A stretch of DNA of 64,000 nucleotides, from the NCBI GenBank assembly GCA_036172245.1, contig JAYWIR010000010.1, positions 1,178,001 to 1,242,000 on the forward strand. Reading direction: 5' to 3'. The position numbers and the translations under genes were made by a program. The stretch is from Raillietiella orientalis. Lineage: Eukaryota. The notes under the pieces are model-generated. The model was not told the origin of the DNA, made no database searches, and saw only the letters and a list, made by a program, of their open reading frames with translations. Shown here piece by piece: positions 63,530 to 64,000 of this stretch (its first letter is position 1; the number at the start of each line of letters is the position of its first letter).

Positions 63530-64000
63530 GGTACCCTGGGAGGGGACCGTGCTACGATTCCAGAAAGGGCTACGGAGAAAAGAGTCCGTTCCTCTCACGC
63601 CTGGGGAAGGGATCCCGAAGGGAGGTCACCTCCACCCTGGTTGCCTCCGAAGAGAATTCCGAAGGAAACCTCCTTCCTTATTCTCTCCTTAAGAACCCTC
63701 CGAAGGGGACTGCACCCTGTCTTCTCCTCTGAAGAGAACCCCGAAGGGACGCTTTCGAAATGTCTCAGAAGGACGCTCCCTGAAGAGAGCTGCGCGCTTC
63801 TCTGCACTCTCTGGAGAGGTACCACACCAGCTCCATGGTACGACACGGAACGTCCCCCGGGAGAAGAGCGGTCCGCCGCTCCTTTGAACAACCGCAGGGG
63901 AACTACCTGCTCCTTGATTCTGCTTTCTAGAAGAACCCGGAGGTCGACTCTCAATCCCGGCCACTCATCGGGGGCATCCGGTTTGAACAGCCACCGGTGC
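63530..64000. repeat. Inverted copy of the GC-rich repeat family, running off the window end
   Basis: Reverse complement matches 59497-59732 almost exactly and 14030-14330 more loosely. Confidence 0.9.

Noticed and set aside
63729..63780. Hammerhead-ribozyme-like core CTGAAGA...CGAAA in the GC-rich repeat
   Set aside because: Stem III lacks the required A-U pair plus cleavage triplet, and the GAAA is not conserved in the 6250-6290 copy.
1..64000. rRNA, tRNA genes or a bacterial operon
   Set aside because: No cloverleaf or rRNA signature was recognised by eye. The only clearly bacterial sequence is the ~390-bp dnaE/ispG patch.

Overview
Eukaryotic (animal, most likely arthropod) genomic DNA in three compartments. 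The central AT-rich, CpG-poor block (~28.2-50.9 kb) holds two recognisable host genes. One is a TipE-homolog (Teh3/Teh4-type) sodium-channel auxiliary subunit on +. The other is a complete 17-exon SMC6 gene on - (about 1097 aa by my manual splice), with mostly 40-52 nt introns. A decayed mariner and a possible piggyBac remnant also lie in this block. The GC-rich, CpG-rich flanks (1-28 kb and 52-64 kb) are a graveyard of heavily decayed transposons. They are dominated by DIRS-type tyrosine-recombinase retroelements, with LINE, gypsy-integrase and hAT-like remnants, and are punctuated by five copies of an AT-rich foldback/MITE-like family. At the right compartment boundary is a small bacterial insertion: internal fragments of dnaE and ispG with Wolbachia/Rickettsiales-like sequence, fused back to back. 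Most ORF-track ORFs in the flanks are not genes. All family assignments come from motif recognition by eye, not database searches. I did not find an intact novel multi-gene system.
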